Positions 36,505 to 46,365 are shown, counted from the first letter of the stretch. The stretch: 64,000 bases of DNA from Treponemataceae bacterium (GCA_963678065.2 CAXXVZ010000002.1:256001-320000); one strand, 5' to 3'. Notes: generated from the letters alone by a model not told the origin. Program-made: numbers and translations.

Positions 36505-38967
36505 ATGCAAGCAGAAAGGCCCTTGCGGAAGGCCCGCTGGATATGGGTCGGGAAAACGATGCCGGAATCGGCCGGCCCCATCATCCGCCCCGCTTCCCCA
36601 TCGCCTGAAGATGTCAATCGCTACGCATATTTCCGCCTCGCCTTCGATCTCGATTCCCGAGCGATGCCCGCGACCGCCGTGATCCGCCTATCCGCCGACG
36701 GGCGCTACAAGCTCCGGGTCAACGGGAAACCGGCCTCCTCGGGGCCCCGGAGATCCACGGCTCTCATGAAGGAGGCGGACCGCGTCGACATCGCGTCCCT
36801 GCTGAGGCCGGGACGGAATGTCCTGGCGGCCCTGGTCCATACCTACGGCCGCGACACATCCTGGTACCAGATTCCCTTGCCGGACCAAAGAGCGCTGTTC
36901 GGCATCGGCGGATTTTTCTGCGAGGGGAGGATATGCGCGGATGATTCCTCCGGGAGGCTGAGCCACGGGGCCGTTCCGGAACCAATCCACCTCGACACAG
37001 GTCCGGAGTGGCGGTGCATGATGGCGACCGCCTGGGACCGCGAATCCCCCTTCCTCGGGATGGGTTTTCCGGAATGGTACGACGCGCGCGCCGAACCTTC
37101 GGGCTGGGATCTCCCTTCTTTCGACGATTCGGCCTGGGGCAGGCCGGTCGAACTCGTCGTGTCGGACCGGGGAAATGGTGCCGACCACGAACCCTTCCCC
37201 AACCTCGTGGATTCTTCGCCCTGCGTGGATCCGGTGCGGACGACAGTTTCGCTTCCGGAAGTGCTGGAAGTCCGCGGCGACGGGGAGCCGTGCCCCGTCG
37301 CTCTGCCCTGGCGCGCGTCCCCAGGACATCACCGGCTGATCGCGAGGTTTTGCGAATACTCGCTCGGATGCCTGGGCTTCGATATCGAACAGGCGGGAGA
37401 GCCGACCGGGGGCGGGAGTCGACTCTCCATCGCGACGGGAGAGCGCCTCGACGGGAACCGGCTCCACATACCGCCGGACATCGGCGGCATCGCGAACCGG
37501 GTCGACCATCGCTATGTGACAGGCGGGGGCAGACGCGAGTTCACTCTCTTCGAACCGACAGGCATGAAATATGCCCAGATCGAGGTTGAGGCCGGGAACG
37601 CTCCCCTGACACTTCACGGGCTCAGGCTCGTTGGGGAAACGAGGCCGGACCGGGGAGGATTCTTCGAGTGCTCCGATCCCGGACTGAACGCCATCTGGAA
37701 GGCCGGCTCCCGCACCGTGGCGCTGTGCACCATGGACACTATCGTCGATTGTCCCGGCAGGGAGCAGCGCGCCTGGCTGGGCGACGGGTATGTGAGCATC
37801 CTCGTCGGTCTGGTATCGCACGGACGCACGGAGGCCATGGCCAAATTCCTTTCCGATGCCGCGGCGGGGCAGCGCGGCGATGGCATGATCTGCGCGACTT
37901 CCTGCTGCGACCTCGCGGCCGACGGGACCGTGTATTGTCCCGATTTTGCGCTGCTCTGGCTTCTCTCCTGCGCGGAATACCACCGCTACACGGGCGACCG
38001 GGATCTGATTCTGCATCTTTTCCCGCAGATGGCGCGGCTTCTCCGGTGGTTCCTCCGTTATGTCGACGAAAGGAATCTGCTCGTCGACGTTCCCGGCTGG
38101 GTCTTCATCGAATGGGCGGGCGAATTGGAGAGAAAAGGAAGCCTTCTGGTTTTGAACGCGCTTTTCGCGGCCTCTCTCGACGCGGTGCGTGGCATGCTTC
38201 CCACGCTTTTCGACGGACTGCTGCCGGAAGCGAGGGGCCTGTCCGACAGAATCCGCGCGGCGATCGAACTCGATTTCTGGGACGAGGGTCGACAAGCCTA
38301 CAGGGATTCGCCGCGGCTGGAATCCCCGATCAGCCAGCAGGCGAATGCGGTGGCGCTCTGTTTCGGCGCGGCGCCCGACGAGAGGAGCGAAAGGGCCCTT
38401 TGCTCGATTCTGGATCAGGGCCGGGTCACTCTGACGAAAGCCTGGCGATGGGATGTCGACCGTCCCTTCGATCCCCGCAAGGGTGTCGTCATGGCGCAGC
38501 CGTTCTACGCGCGCTTCCTCCATCAGGCCCTGATGCTCCGCGGGCGCGCGGACGACCTGCTCGCGTCGATCCGGCGCTGGCTTCCCATGCTGGAAGACGG
38601 CGACACCTTCCGCGAATCCTGGCAACTGACCGCGGCGACGAGCATGTGCCACGGCTTCTCGTCCACTCCGACCTACGACCTTTCCACCTGTATTCTGGGG
38701 CTCTCGCCTGCCGTGCCGGGATTTTCGCGGGCCAGGCTGAAACCTTCGCTGTCTCCGGGCATCGCCTGGGCGAAAGGGGCCATTCCGACGCCTTTCGGGC
38801 TTCTGTGCGCCTCGTGGAGCACCGCGGACGAGGGCTGTTTCGATTGTACGGTCGATGTTCCCCGCGGGATAAGCCTCGAGGTCGAGGTGGACGGATTTGC
38901 TTCCGGGGATATCGTCGTGCGTGGGCCGGAAGTCCGCTCTTTCAGATTGCTGCGGTCCGGAGCCTAA
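36505..38967 (+). CDS. Alpha-L-rhamnosidase-like glycoside hydrolase (GH78)
   Basis: ARWIW, SADGRYKLRVNG, LRPGRNVLA, FECSDPGLNAIW, VDCPGREQRAWLGD, TFRESW, SMCHGFS, GAIPTPFG. Confidence 0.85.
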   Translation: MQAERPLRKARWIWVGKTMPESAGPIIRPASPSPEDVNRYAYFRLAFDLDSRAMPATAVIRLSADGRYKLRVNGKPASSGPRRSTALMKEADRVDIASLLRPGRNVLAALVHTYGRDTSWYQIPLPDQRALFGIGGFFCEGRICADDSSGRLSHGAVPEPIHLDTGPEWRCMMATAWDRESPFLGMGFPEWYDARAEPSGWDLPSFDDSAWGRPVELVVSDRGNGADHEPFPNLVDSSPCVDPVRTTVSLPEVLEVRGDGEPCPVALPWRASPGHHRLIARFCEYSLGCLGFDIEQAGEPTGGGSRLSIATGERLDGNRLHIPPDIGGIANRVDHRYVTGGGRREFTLFEPTGMKYAQIEVEAGNAPLTLHGLRLVGETRPDRGGFFECSDPGLNAIWKAGSRTVALCTMDTIVDCPGREQRAWLGDGYVSILVGLVSHGRTEAMAKFLSDAAAGQRGDGMICATSCCDLAADGTVYCPDFALLWLLSCAEYHRYTGDRDLILHLFPQMARLLRWFLRYVDERNLLVDVPGWVFIEWAGELERKGSLLVLNALFAASLDAVRGMLPTLFDGLLPEARGLSDRIRAAIELDFWDEGRQAYRDSPRLESPISQQANAVALCFGAAPDERSERALCSILDQGRVTLTKAWRWDVDRPFDPRKGVVMAQPFYARFLHQALMLRGRADDLLASIRRWLPMLEDGDTFRESWQLTAATSMCHGFSSTPTYDLSTCILGLSPAVPGFSRARLKPSLSPGIAWAKGAIPTPFGLLCASWSTADEGCFDCTVDVPRGISLEVEVDGFASGDIVVRGPEVRSFRLLRSGA

Positions 38968-39989
38968 GACGACAGGCTTCCGAAAAACCGCAGGAAATTC
39001 AGGCCGGCGATCCCGGCGATCTCGGGTTCGGAAAAGCCCCGCTCCGAAAGGGCGCGGATTATCTTCGGAGAGTCGAAAAGGTTCTCGTAGCCAGCCATAT
39101 TTCCGGGCACGCCGTTAATATCGCTGCCGATCGCGAGATGTTCGGGACCCACGAGCCCGGCGCAGTGGGCCGCGTACCCGGCAAAAGTACCGAGATCGGG
39201 CACGCCCTTTCCTCCGCTGAAAAAGGGCCAGAGGCCGATGAGTCCTCCAGCCTGGGCGATTTCGCGCATGAGATCGTCACAGAGGTAGCGCGGGAAGTCC
39301 TGAAGGGAGCGCGGTCCGGTGTGGCTGCAGATCATGGGCGCGGTCGAGGCCGCCAGGGCGCCGGCGATGGTCTCGTCGTCCGCGTGGGCGAGATCGATGA
39401 TCAGGCCGAGCTTGTTGGCCCGCGCGATTACGGACCTGCCGAAATCCGACAGCCCCGTCCTCTCGGATTCCGGCACGATCTTCCCTCCCCAGCCGAAGGA
39501 AATCGAGCCGATCCGGTTCTTCGAGTAGTGGACGAGGCCGAGAAGCCTGACCCCGAGCCCGAAGACGAGGTCGAGCCGGTCTATATCCTCTCCGAGGAAA
39601 TCCCCGCCCTCGATGCCGGGGAGAAAAGACGAAACGCCCGCGGCCGCTGCGCCCTCCAGCCCGGCGGGATCGGAGACGACGATTCCCTTCGCCGCGGCCG
39701 CGGCTTTTTTGGCGGCTTCGAGCTGCCGCAACACGTTCCTGTAGGGGTCGACCTTTATCGGGAGAAAGGAATTCGGATCGCCCAGAACACAGAGGACGAA
39801 GCCGCTGACGCCGGTCGCCGGCAGATCGGCCAGAGCGACATCCGCGGGGATCGAATTTCCGGGTATGAGGCGCATGGCCTTCGGCAGGAGACCTTCGCGG
39901 TGTCCATGCACGTCGAAATAGAAGCCGACGGGAGGAGGAGCCGGCGGCAACTGCAAGCCCAATTCCTGTATGCGCTGTTCGATATCCAT
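38964..39989 (-). CDS. Membrane-dipeptidase family (M19) amidohydrolase with a Rid-like N-terminal segment
   Basis: Start MDIEQR at 39989; DVHGH, GIEGG, GVRLLGLVH, GLSDFGRSVI, IDLAH, SHTG, HLAIGSDING. Confidence 0.85.
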   Translation of the reverse strand: MDIEQRIQELGLQLPPAPPPVGFYFDVHGHREGLLPKAMRLIPGNSIPADVALADLPATGVSGFVLCVLGDPNSFLPIKVDPYRNVLRQLEAAKKAAAAAKGIVVSDPAGLEGAAAAGVSSFLPGIEGGDFLGEDIDRLDLVFGLGVRLLGLVHYSKNRIGSISFGWGGKIVPESERTGLSDFGRSVIARANKLGLIIDLAHADDETIAGALAASTAPMICSHTGPRSLQDFPRYLCDDLMREIAQAGGLIGLWPFFSGGKGVPDLGTFAGYAAHCAGLVGPEHLAIGSDINGVPGNMAGYENLFDSPKIIRALSERGFSEPEIAGIAGLNFLRFFGSLSS

Positions 39990-39995
39990 GGGCGG

Positions 39996-40024
39996 ATTGT
40001 AGCCGGGTGGATCGCGGAGCTCAA
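39996..40024 (-). promoter_or_regulatory. Putative promoter giving a leaderless dipeptidase mRNA
   Basis: Minus strand TTGAGC-17 nt-TACAAT-CCGCCC-ATG; no Shine-Dalgarno. Confidence 0.6.
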
Positions 40025-40084
40025 GGCGCCGCGGGCGCGCATGCGCCGCCATCGATTCCGGGATCGATATGGCCGACGATACGC

Positions 40085-41065
40085 TCAGACGGCGAGGATA
40101 GCCGCCGCCTGGATCGACGAAAACAGCCCCCTCCCAGGCCGCCAGCCTCCGAGGTACTTCCCCCCGCCAGGCGAGAAAACCAGGAGCTGCTCCCCCTTGT
40201 CGCCTTGATCCGGCCCGTGGCCTTGCCAGTTGACGACGAGGAGATTTCCACCCGGAAGCTCGCAAAAGTCGCAATAGAAGAAGGGCCGCGTCTCTTCCGG
40301 CGAGCGGATGCTCCGGATATGGCGCCCTTCGGAATCGAAGACCTGGAGTTCCGCCTGGTAGCCCGAGGCGACGAAGAACTCGCCGGGAGCCGATCCCCCG
40401 GAGATCGATTTTACAGCCTTCCACGCGTGGGGCTCCGCGAGGGTTGTGGAAATCTCGAATCGAGAGAGTACCTTACCTGACAGGTCGACTTCGAGGACGA
40501 AGCGGTTGGACGTCAGCATCAGAGCCAGCGTGCCGGATGACGGGTGACGCGCGAGGCGGACGAGCCTCACATACTCATATCCGGGGACGCGGAGCGTCCG
40601 GGCGACGGAGCCGTCTTTGTCGACGAAACGCAGGACGATGGCCGGTTCCGCGGGCCCGCCCCCGCCCCCTCCCGAATCTCCCGCTCTGGCCTCCTTATAG
40701 CTGCATTCTTCGGGATCACCCGCTTCTGCGCCATGTTCTATGGCTTCGGCGTCATGTTCTATGGAAGAGAGCAGCGTGATCCCGCCTTCGAGGCGGCAGG
40801 CCGTCATGGTTCCGGGAAAGCCGGTCTCCGCGCGCAGAAGCCCGCCTGTCCGCGCGTCGCGCTCCTCGTAGCCCGATCCGGTTCCGATCACGATCGCGCC
40901 GGCTTCGTCGACCTGGAGATCCCGCCCGGGAGGGACGGGCACGCTCCAGAGTGCGCGGAAGTTCTCCTCCGGAACGACCCGGTGGAGCATGCCGAGCCCT
41001 TCGTCCCGCAGGATGAGGTGCATTCCTCGGAGACTTTGGACAATTTCCGCCATGCCCGGCATCAT
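40085..41065 (-). CDS. Hypothetical protein, probable beta-propeller
   Basis: 326-aa ORF co-oriented downstream of GH88; repeated strand-turn motifs VDKDGSV, VDLSGKV, FDSEGRH, FSPGGGK. Confidence 0.6.
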   Translation of the reverse strand: MMPGMAEIVQSLRGMHLILRDEGLGMLHRVVPEENFRALWSVPVPPGRDLQVDEAGAIVIGTGSGYEERDARTGGLLRAETGFPGTMTACRLEGGITLLSSIEHDAEAIEHGAEAGDPEECSYKEARAGDSGGGGGGPAEPAIVLRFVDKDGSVARTLRVPGYEYVRLVRLARHPSSGTLALMLTSNRFVLEVDLSGKVLSRFEISTTLAEPHAWKAVKSISGGSAPGEFFVASGYQAELQVFDSEGRHIRSIRSPEETRPFFYCDFCELPGGNLLVVNWQGHGPDQGDKGEQLLVFSPGGGKYLGGWRPGRGLFSSIQAAAILAV

Positions 41066-41144
41066 ATCGCGGCCCGCCTCGCGCGAGCGATTCTCGTCTT
41101 CGTCGCTGTCATGCCGGAGCCCCCTTCAGCCCTTCGCGCCGCGC

Positions 41145-42329
41145 TCACCAGAACAGTTCCTTCCGGCCGCACAGGCGCAGGACAGCTTCGACGAAGTAGT
41201 AGTCGCCGTAGATGATGGGCCTGTCGTTCGGCATGTCGTTCCCGTCGCGGTGGTAGGCGTGGCTTCCGTGCAGGAGGAGCCCCTGCTCGTCCAGGCCCCA
41301 GGCTCCGCAGTCGCGATCCAGGGCTTTCAGCATTTTGATGGCGGCGCCGCGGTAGAGGCCCTTTCCCAGTTCGGGCACGCTGTCCGCGATTTCGAGGAGG
41401 CCGGCCGCGGCGATGGCGCCGGCAGTGCTGTCCTTGGCGGTCGACTCCGCGGGGGCGCGGAAATCGATGTGCGGAACCCAGTCGTCGCAGACGTTGGCTA
41501 TGAAATAGTGGGCGACCCGCTTGGCGGCGTCGAGGATGGCGGGGTCGCCCGTGTGCCGATGGCTCAGCGCGAAGCCGTAGAGTCCCCAGGCCTGGCCCCG
41601 CGACCAGGAAGAGCCGACGCCGTAGCCCTGGCCGCCTATTGTCTCGACAACCTCGCCCGTCTCCGGGTCGAAGTTCACGATGTGGTTCATCGAGCCGTCG
41701 GGTCTCTGGATGGCCCTCATGGCCGTGGCGACGTGCTCCCGCGCGACATTCGCGAAGCGCTCGTCCGCCGCCTCTTTCGAGGCCCAGTACAGTATGGGCA
41801 GGTTCATGAGACAGTCGACGATGGCCCAGCCGGTCTTGTCGTCGTTCCAGGCGCGGATGAACTTCCCTTTCACGTTGTACCTCGACGCGAGGAGACTCGC
41901 CGCCGTCATGGCGCGCCTGCGCGAGCGCTCGTTCCCGGTGAGCTTGTACGAGGCCACGCTCGTGAGCGTCCACATGAAGCCGACATCGTGGTGGAGCCCG
42001 TCGTAGTTGTACAGGGCCTCGTCCATCTGGTTTTCGCAGGACTCGGCGATGGCGCGGAAGGATTCCGTGCCCGTTTCGCGGTACATGAGCCACATGAGCC
42101 CCGACCAGAAAGAGTTGGTCCACCAGGAGATCGGGTTCTCCCTGTGCCAGCCTTTGTATTTTCCACCCTCCGACACGAAGGGAAAGCTGTCCCCGATCTC
42201 GGGCGCCGTCGCGCCGAGCTTGTTCACGATCCTGCCGCGCAGGTCGTCGAGCCAGAGCCTGTTTTCATGTGAAAGCTCCATGGTCCCTGAAAATTCAGCG
42301 GTCTTTGAAGGTTCGGTAGTCATCGGCAT
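41145..42329 (-). CDS. Unsaturated glucuronyl hydrolase (GH88)
   Basis: WTNSFWSG, LHHDVGF, FIRAW, IVDCLMN, WSRGQAW, DSTAGAIAA, IYGDYYFVEA; RBS AGGAGG. Confidence 0.9.
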   Translation of the reverse strand: MPMTTEPSKTAEFSGTMELSHENRLWLDDLRGRIVNKLGATAPEIGDSFPFVSEGGKYKGWHRENPISWWTNSFWSGLMWLMYRETGTESFRAIAESCENQMDEALYNYDGLHHDVGFMWTLTSVASYKLTGNERSRRRAMTAASLLASRYNVKGKFIRAWNDDKTGWAIVDCLMNLPILYWASKEAADERFANVAREHVATAMRAIQRPDGSMNHIVNFDPETGEVVETIGGQGYGVGSSWSRGQAWGLYGFALSHRHTGDPAILDAAKRVAHYFIANVCDDWVPHIDFRAPAESTAKDSTAGAIAAAGLLEIADSVPELGKGLYRGAAIKMLKALDRDCGAWGLDEQGLLLHGSHAYHRDGNDMPNDRPIIYGDYYFVEAVLRLCGRKELFW

Positions 42330-42362
42330 TTCATTCCTCCTGTATCGAAACGATCTGACGCT

Positions 42363-43592
42363 TCACGGGATATTCCTTTTTATTTCGGCGCGGTATTCAG
42401 CGGGATTCCTGCCGAAATGCCTGCGGAAAAGCTCACTGAAACGCCGCGCGTCGCCGAGGCCGACGGCCTCGGCAATCTCGCCGCCCGTCATCCCTGTCGT
42501 GAGAAGGAGCTTCCTCCCCGCCTCGACGCGCACGCGTGCGAGATAATCCTTGAAATTGACGCCCGTCCTCTTCTTGAAAAGCGCGCTGAAATAGTAGGGA
42601 TTCATGCAGGCGACATCGGCGGCGACGTTGAGCGACACCGGCTCCGCATAGTGCTCGTTGATGTACGCGATGACGCGGCCGACGCTCGCCGATTCCGCTC
42701 CTCTGGACTCCACGGATTCCGCTCCGCTTCCGAAGGCGGCTCCGAGGGCGGATTCGCAGCTCCCCCTGATGCCCGAAACAGTGCTGACAGTGCTGCCGCG
42801 GACAGCTCCGATGGCGATGCGGAGTTCCGCCATCGAGCCGCCCGAAGCCAGTTCCGCCACGCCCGCGGGGTCTTCCTCCGGCCCGTGTCCGATCACGAGG
42901 AGGATGATCCCTTCCCGCTCGGCCGAAACCATCTTTTCCTTCGATCCGGAAAAGCGCCTGAAGAAATTCAGGGCGGCGAAATGGACGAGCCTTTTGCCGG
43001 GCGGAGGATTCTGGCCATTTTCCGCCCCGGAAACCCTCTCAACAAAAGCGAAGGCCGTGTAATAGGGCCATTCCCGCAGGGGAAGGAGATCGGAGTAATC
43101 ATCCTCGGGCCTGGGTTCGGGGACGGAACCGGCGATGGGATCCGCCGCGGCAGCGGCTTGTGGTCCGTGCCGCCCCTGATCCGCCTGGACTTCGCGGGAC
43201 AGAGGTGACCTCTCGCGCCCCGCAAGCTGGGCAGCCCTGGCGAGCGCGCGTTTGAGATCCTCGACATGGATGGGCTTCAAAAGGTAATCGACCGCGCCGT
43301 AAGCCACGGCATCCCGCGCAAACGAGAAGTCGCGGTGGCCGCTCAGGAAAATCACCTTCACGGGAAGACCCGAAACACAGACGAGCTTGAGTATCTCCAC
43401 GCCTGACATGCCCGGCATGCAGATGTCGGAGACGAGGATGTCGGGCTTGAGCTCCACGAGGAGACGGGCCGTCGCCTGCCCCTCCGATGCCTCGCCGACG
43501 ATGGTGTATCCAAGCTCCTCCCAGGGGATGATTTTTTTCAGGCCCCTGACGATGAAGGGCTCGTCGTCGGCTATGAGGACCCTATACGGCAT
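42363..43592 (-). CDS. Response regulator, REC plus AraC HTH (YesN-like)
   Basis: VLIADDE, SDICMPGMSG, DYLLKP; C-terminal YINEHY, MNPYYFSALFKK, FRRHFGRNPAEYR. Confidence 0.93.
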   Translation of the reverse strand: MPYRVLIADDEPFIVRGLKKIIPWEELGYTIVGEASEGQATARLLVELKPDILVSDICMPGMSGVEILKLVCVSGLPVKVIFLSGHRDFSFARDAVAYGAVDYLLKPIHVEDLKRALARAAQLAGRERSPLSREVQADQGRHGPQAAAAADPIAGSVPEPRPEDDYSDLLPLREWPYYTAFAFVERVSGAENGQNPPPGKRLVHFAALNFFRRFSGSKEKMVSAEREGIILLVIGHGPEEDPAGVAELASGGSMAELRIAIGAVRGSTVSTVSGIRGSCESALGAAFGSGAESVESRGAESASVGRVIAYINEHYAEPVSLNVAADVACMNPYYFSALFKKRTGVNFKDYLARVRVEAGRKLLLTTGMTGGEIAEAVGLGDARRFSELFRRHFGRNPAEYRAEIKRNIP

Positions 43593-45408
43593 CGGGGACC
43601 TCCGGTTCCGCCCGCGACCCGAGCGGAATGATGGCGCGCACGACTGTCCCCATACCCTGGGCTGTCTCTATGTCGAGGCCGGCCTTCTGCCCGTACCGCA
43701 GCTTGAGCCGGAAATGCACCCCGCTCAATCCGAGAAAGCGCGCGCTGGCAGTCTGCGCGACCTCTGCCGGCCGCGCATCCTGGACCGTCCCGGCCGTGCT
43801 CTGCCCGAGCGCCTTCTGTATCTCGGCCAGCTTTTCCGGACTCATGCCGACGCCATCGTCGTAGACGCAGATCTCCAGCCTGGCATCCGAATCGCGACCT
43901 TCGATGCGCGCGGTGACCCGCACCGTCCCCTTCCACTGCCGGGGACCGAGGCCGTGGAGCATGGCATTCTCCACGAGGGGCTGGAGGGTGAGCTTGGGCA
44001 CCTGCACGGAGCGGAGTGCCTCGGGGACGTCCATCTCGAGGGCGAATCCGCCATCCTTGCGCAGGGACAGAAGCCTGTAATAGTCGGCAGCCATGCCGAG
44101 CTCGCGATCGAGGCTCACCTCGTCGAAATCTTCCTCGAGAAGGTAGCGGAGCTGGGAGGACAGGGCTCGTATCATCTCGGCCGCCGTCTCGTCGCGGGCG
44201 TCGATGGCCGCCATCCTGATCACCTCGAGGGTGTTCGCGAGGAAGTGCGGCTTGAGACGCGATCGCAGCGCATCGAGCTCGGCCTCCCGCCTTCCGATGC
44301 GCGCGACGAATTCCCGGTCGATGTAGTCCTTGAGCTCGGCGCTCATCGTGTTGAACGAGCGGGAGAGAACGCCGAACTCGTCGTCCTGTCCCGCAGGGAG
44401 TCTCTGGCTGAAATCGCCCGACTCGACCTTCTTGAAGGCGCGCAGAATTCCCGAGAGCGGTCTCGAGAACATGCGTGAAAACAGAATGGCGAAGACCACG
44501 ATGGCGAGGGCACAGAAGACCGTGCCCGCGATCAGGTAGGGCAGGAGGCCGGCCGAATGAGCGGTGAGGTCGCGCTTGGAAACCCGGATCGAGAGGATCC
44601 AGTCCCTCATTTCCAGCGGGCGCGAAAGCTCGTAGAAGTCTGTCGCCTTTTTCCCGCCCGCCGCGGTCCCGGCGAAGAGCGCCCCGTTCCGGTCGACGAG
44701 GCTGTAGGAACCCTGGATGCCCAGGTCGAGCCCCGTGAGGCTCCTTCCGAACACGGCCGGATCGACATCGACGAGAATGATCGCGGGCGTGATCTCGCCA
44801 TCCCTCGAAGGAAGCGTCGAGAGGTCGTAATAATTCCGCGCAAAGGTGACGACGGAGGAGCCCGATTTCGCGTAGGCGCTGTCAGGGCGTGGCGGAACGA
44901 CGACGAGCTTCTTGCCCGAAGCGCGGATTCTCTCGAACCAGGGAAGGCTCCTGTAGTCGAAGCCGACGCGCAGCTCCTTGTTCCTTCTGGTTACCTGAAA
45001 AACTTTACCGTCATCTTCCACGAGGGTGGCCGCCTGAATCCATGGATCGGAATACAGGATGGCTTCCAGACAGCCTTCTATCTTGGACGCGACCGCGAGG
45101 CTGTCGGCCCTCGTTCCGGGACCGATAAAATCCGCGAGCCCGTTCGCGGTGCCCGTGCGGTAGGAATAGACGAGCTGGGTTACTTCGTCGTAGCCGCGCG
45201 CTATCGAGTCGACAGTCCCCGCGTGGTACTCGAGGAGGCGCTCGAAGTTGGCCATGGAAAAGCGCGCGAGGTTTTCCTGGAAGGCCAGGAACATGCCCAC
45301 GGAGAAGACCGCGAAGGGGATGAAGTCGAGGGCGAGGAGGGCTATCGCGAATTTCGCGAAAATGCCCGGACGGCGCGGCCTGAACCGCTTTTCGCCTCTG
45401 TGTGACAT
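43582..45408 (-). CDS. Sensor histidine kinase (YesM-like, HAMP plus His_kinase)
   Basis: Two TMs, HAMP DEFGVLSRSFNTM, LKPHFLANTLE, LQPLVENAMLHG, DDGVG. Confidence 0.93.
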   Translation of the reverse strand: MSHRGEKRFRPRRPGIFAKFAIALLALDFIPFAVFSVGMFLAFQENLARFSMANFERLLEYHAGTVDSIARGYDEVTQLVYSYRTGTANGLADFIGPGTRADSLAVASKIEGCLEAILYSDPWIQAATLVEDDGKVFQVTRRNKELRVGFDYRSLPWFERIRASGKKLVVVPPRPDSAYAKSGSSVVTFARNYYDLSTLPSRDGEITPAIILVDVDPAVFGRSLTGLDLGIQGSYSLVDRNGALFAGTAAGGKKATDFYELSRPLEMRDWILSIRVSKRDLTAHSAGLLPYLIAGTVFCALAIVVFAILFSRMFSRPLSGILRAFKKVESGDFSQRLPAGQDDEFGVLSRSFNTMSAELKDYIDREFVARIGRREAELDALRSRLKPHFLANTLEVIRMAAIDARDETAAEMIRALSSQLRYLLEEDFDEVSLDRELGMAADYYRLLSLRKDGGFALEMDVPEALRSVQVPKLTLQPLVENAMLHGLGPRQWKGTVRVTARIEGRDSDARLEICVYDDGVGMSPEKLAEIQKALGQSTAGTVQDARPAEVAQTASARFLGLSGVHFRLKLRYGQKAGLDIETAQGMGTVVRAIIPLGSRAEPEVPDAV

Positions 45409-45471
45409 GCTCCGTCCCGCTCCTTGCGTTCCCGCGTTTTCGCTTTTCGCGCTGTGTCCGGTGCGCAGGCC

Positions 45472-45540
45472 TCAACCTTTGGCCGCGCCGCGAAGGATTA
45501 ACCCTTGACTGACCTTCGGGGCTTAGCCCTTGGCCGCGCC
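45472..45540 (-). repeat. Degenerate triplication of the permease 3' end
   Basis: Minus strand ggcgcggccaagggctaa / aggtcagtcaagggttaa / ggcgcggccaaaggttga at 25-26 nt period. Confidence 0.5.
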
Positions 45541-46365
45541 GGCGGTGATTCCCTTCACGAAGTACTTCTGCAGGCTCAAGAATACCACGAGCACGGGAAT
45601 CATTGCACAGACCGTGCCGGCGAAGACGACGTCCCAGCGCGACGCGAACTGGTCGACGAAGGAGAATATCTCGACATTGATGGTCTTGGCCCGGTCCGAT
45701 GGCAGGACGAGCAGCGGCATGAGGAAATCGTTCCAGATTCCCATTCCGTTCAGCACGACGAGGCTGGCGGTGCAGGGCGCGAGGAGGGGAAACACGATGG
45801 ACCAGTAGGTCCGGAAGGGACTCGCGCCGTCGATGTAGGCCGATTCCTCGATCTCCCTCGGAACTCCCTTGATGAAGCTCGTGTACAAAAGGACGCCGAA
45901 GCAGGAGGCGCCCGAAATGTAGACGACGATGGGTCCGGCCATTGTTCCGAAGAGCCCGAAGACCTTCAGCTGCTTGAAGAGCGGAATCATGTAGACCTGG
46001 AAGGGAACCATCATGCCCGCGATGAAGAGGATGTAGAGGATCGAAGTCAGCTTCGATTTGTGCCGCTCGATGCCGTAGGCGGCCATCGGGACGAAAAAGA
46101 CGATGAGGATTTCGGAGACGATGGTGAGGAAGGCCGAATTGAGGACGGCTGCGGGGAATTTCGTTTTCTGGAAGAGGTAGGCGAAGTTGTTGAGGCGCAG
46201 TGCCTGAGGCATGGCGATGGGGTCGCGCAGTATTTCTCCGTTGGTCTTGAGCGCCGAAATGATGCTGAGGAAGATGGGGAAGAATGAGATGGCGGCGAGT
46301 ATGGCCGCGATACATGCGAGAAACCACGCCGCGCGGCGTTTGCGGCGGAACGACAGGCTTTTCAC
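45523..46365 (-). CDS. Carbohydrate ABC permease (CUT1, MalG-like)
   Basis: GTG start 46365 overlapping the upstream stop; EIEESAYIDGA, WNDFLMPL, LQKYFVKGITAGAAKG. Confidence 0.92.
   Translation of the reverse strand: MKSLSFRRKRRAAWFLACIAAILAAISFFPIFLSIISALKTNGEILRDPIAMPQALRLNNFAYLFQKTKFPAAVLNSAFLTIVSEILIVFFVPMAAYGIERHKSKLTSILYILFIAGMMVPFQVYMIPLFKQLKVFGLFGTMAGPIVVYISGASCFGVLLYTSFIKGVPREIEESAYIDGASPFRTYWSIVFPLLAPCTASLVVLNGMGIWNDFLMPLLVLPSDRAKTINVEIFSFVDQFASRWDVVFAGTVCAMIPVLVVFLSLQKYFVKGITAGAAKG

Noticed and set aside
33645..36617. 990-aa antisense ORF, and similar long ones at 26695-28827, 24855-26864, 37668-40208 and 6830-8776
   Set aside because: Shadow frames of well-supported genes with no recognisable motifs, explained by GC3 bias.
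39990..40424. 145-aa N-terminal extension of the dipeptidase ORF
   Set aside because: It overlaps the upstream gene in another frame and is low-complexity. A promoter and ATG at 39989 explain the gene better.
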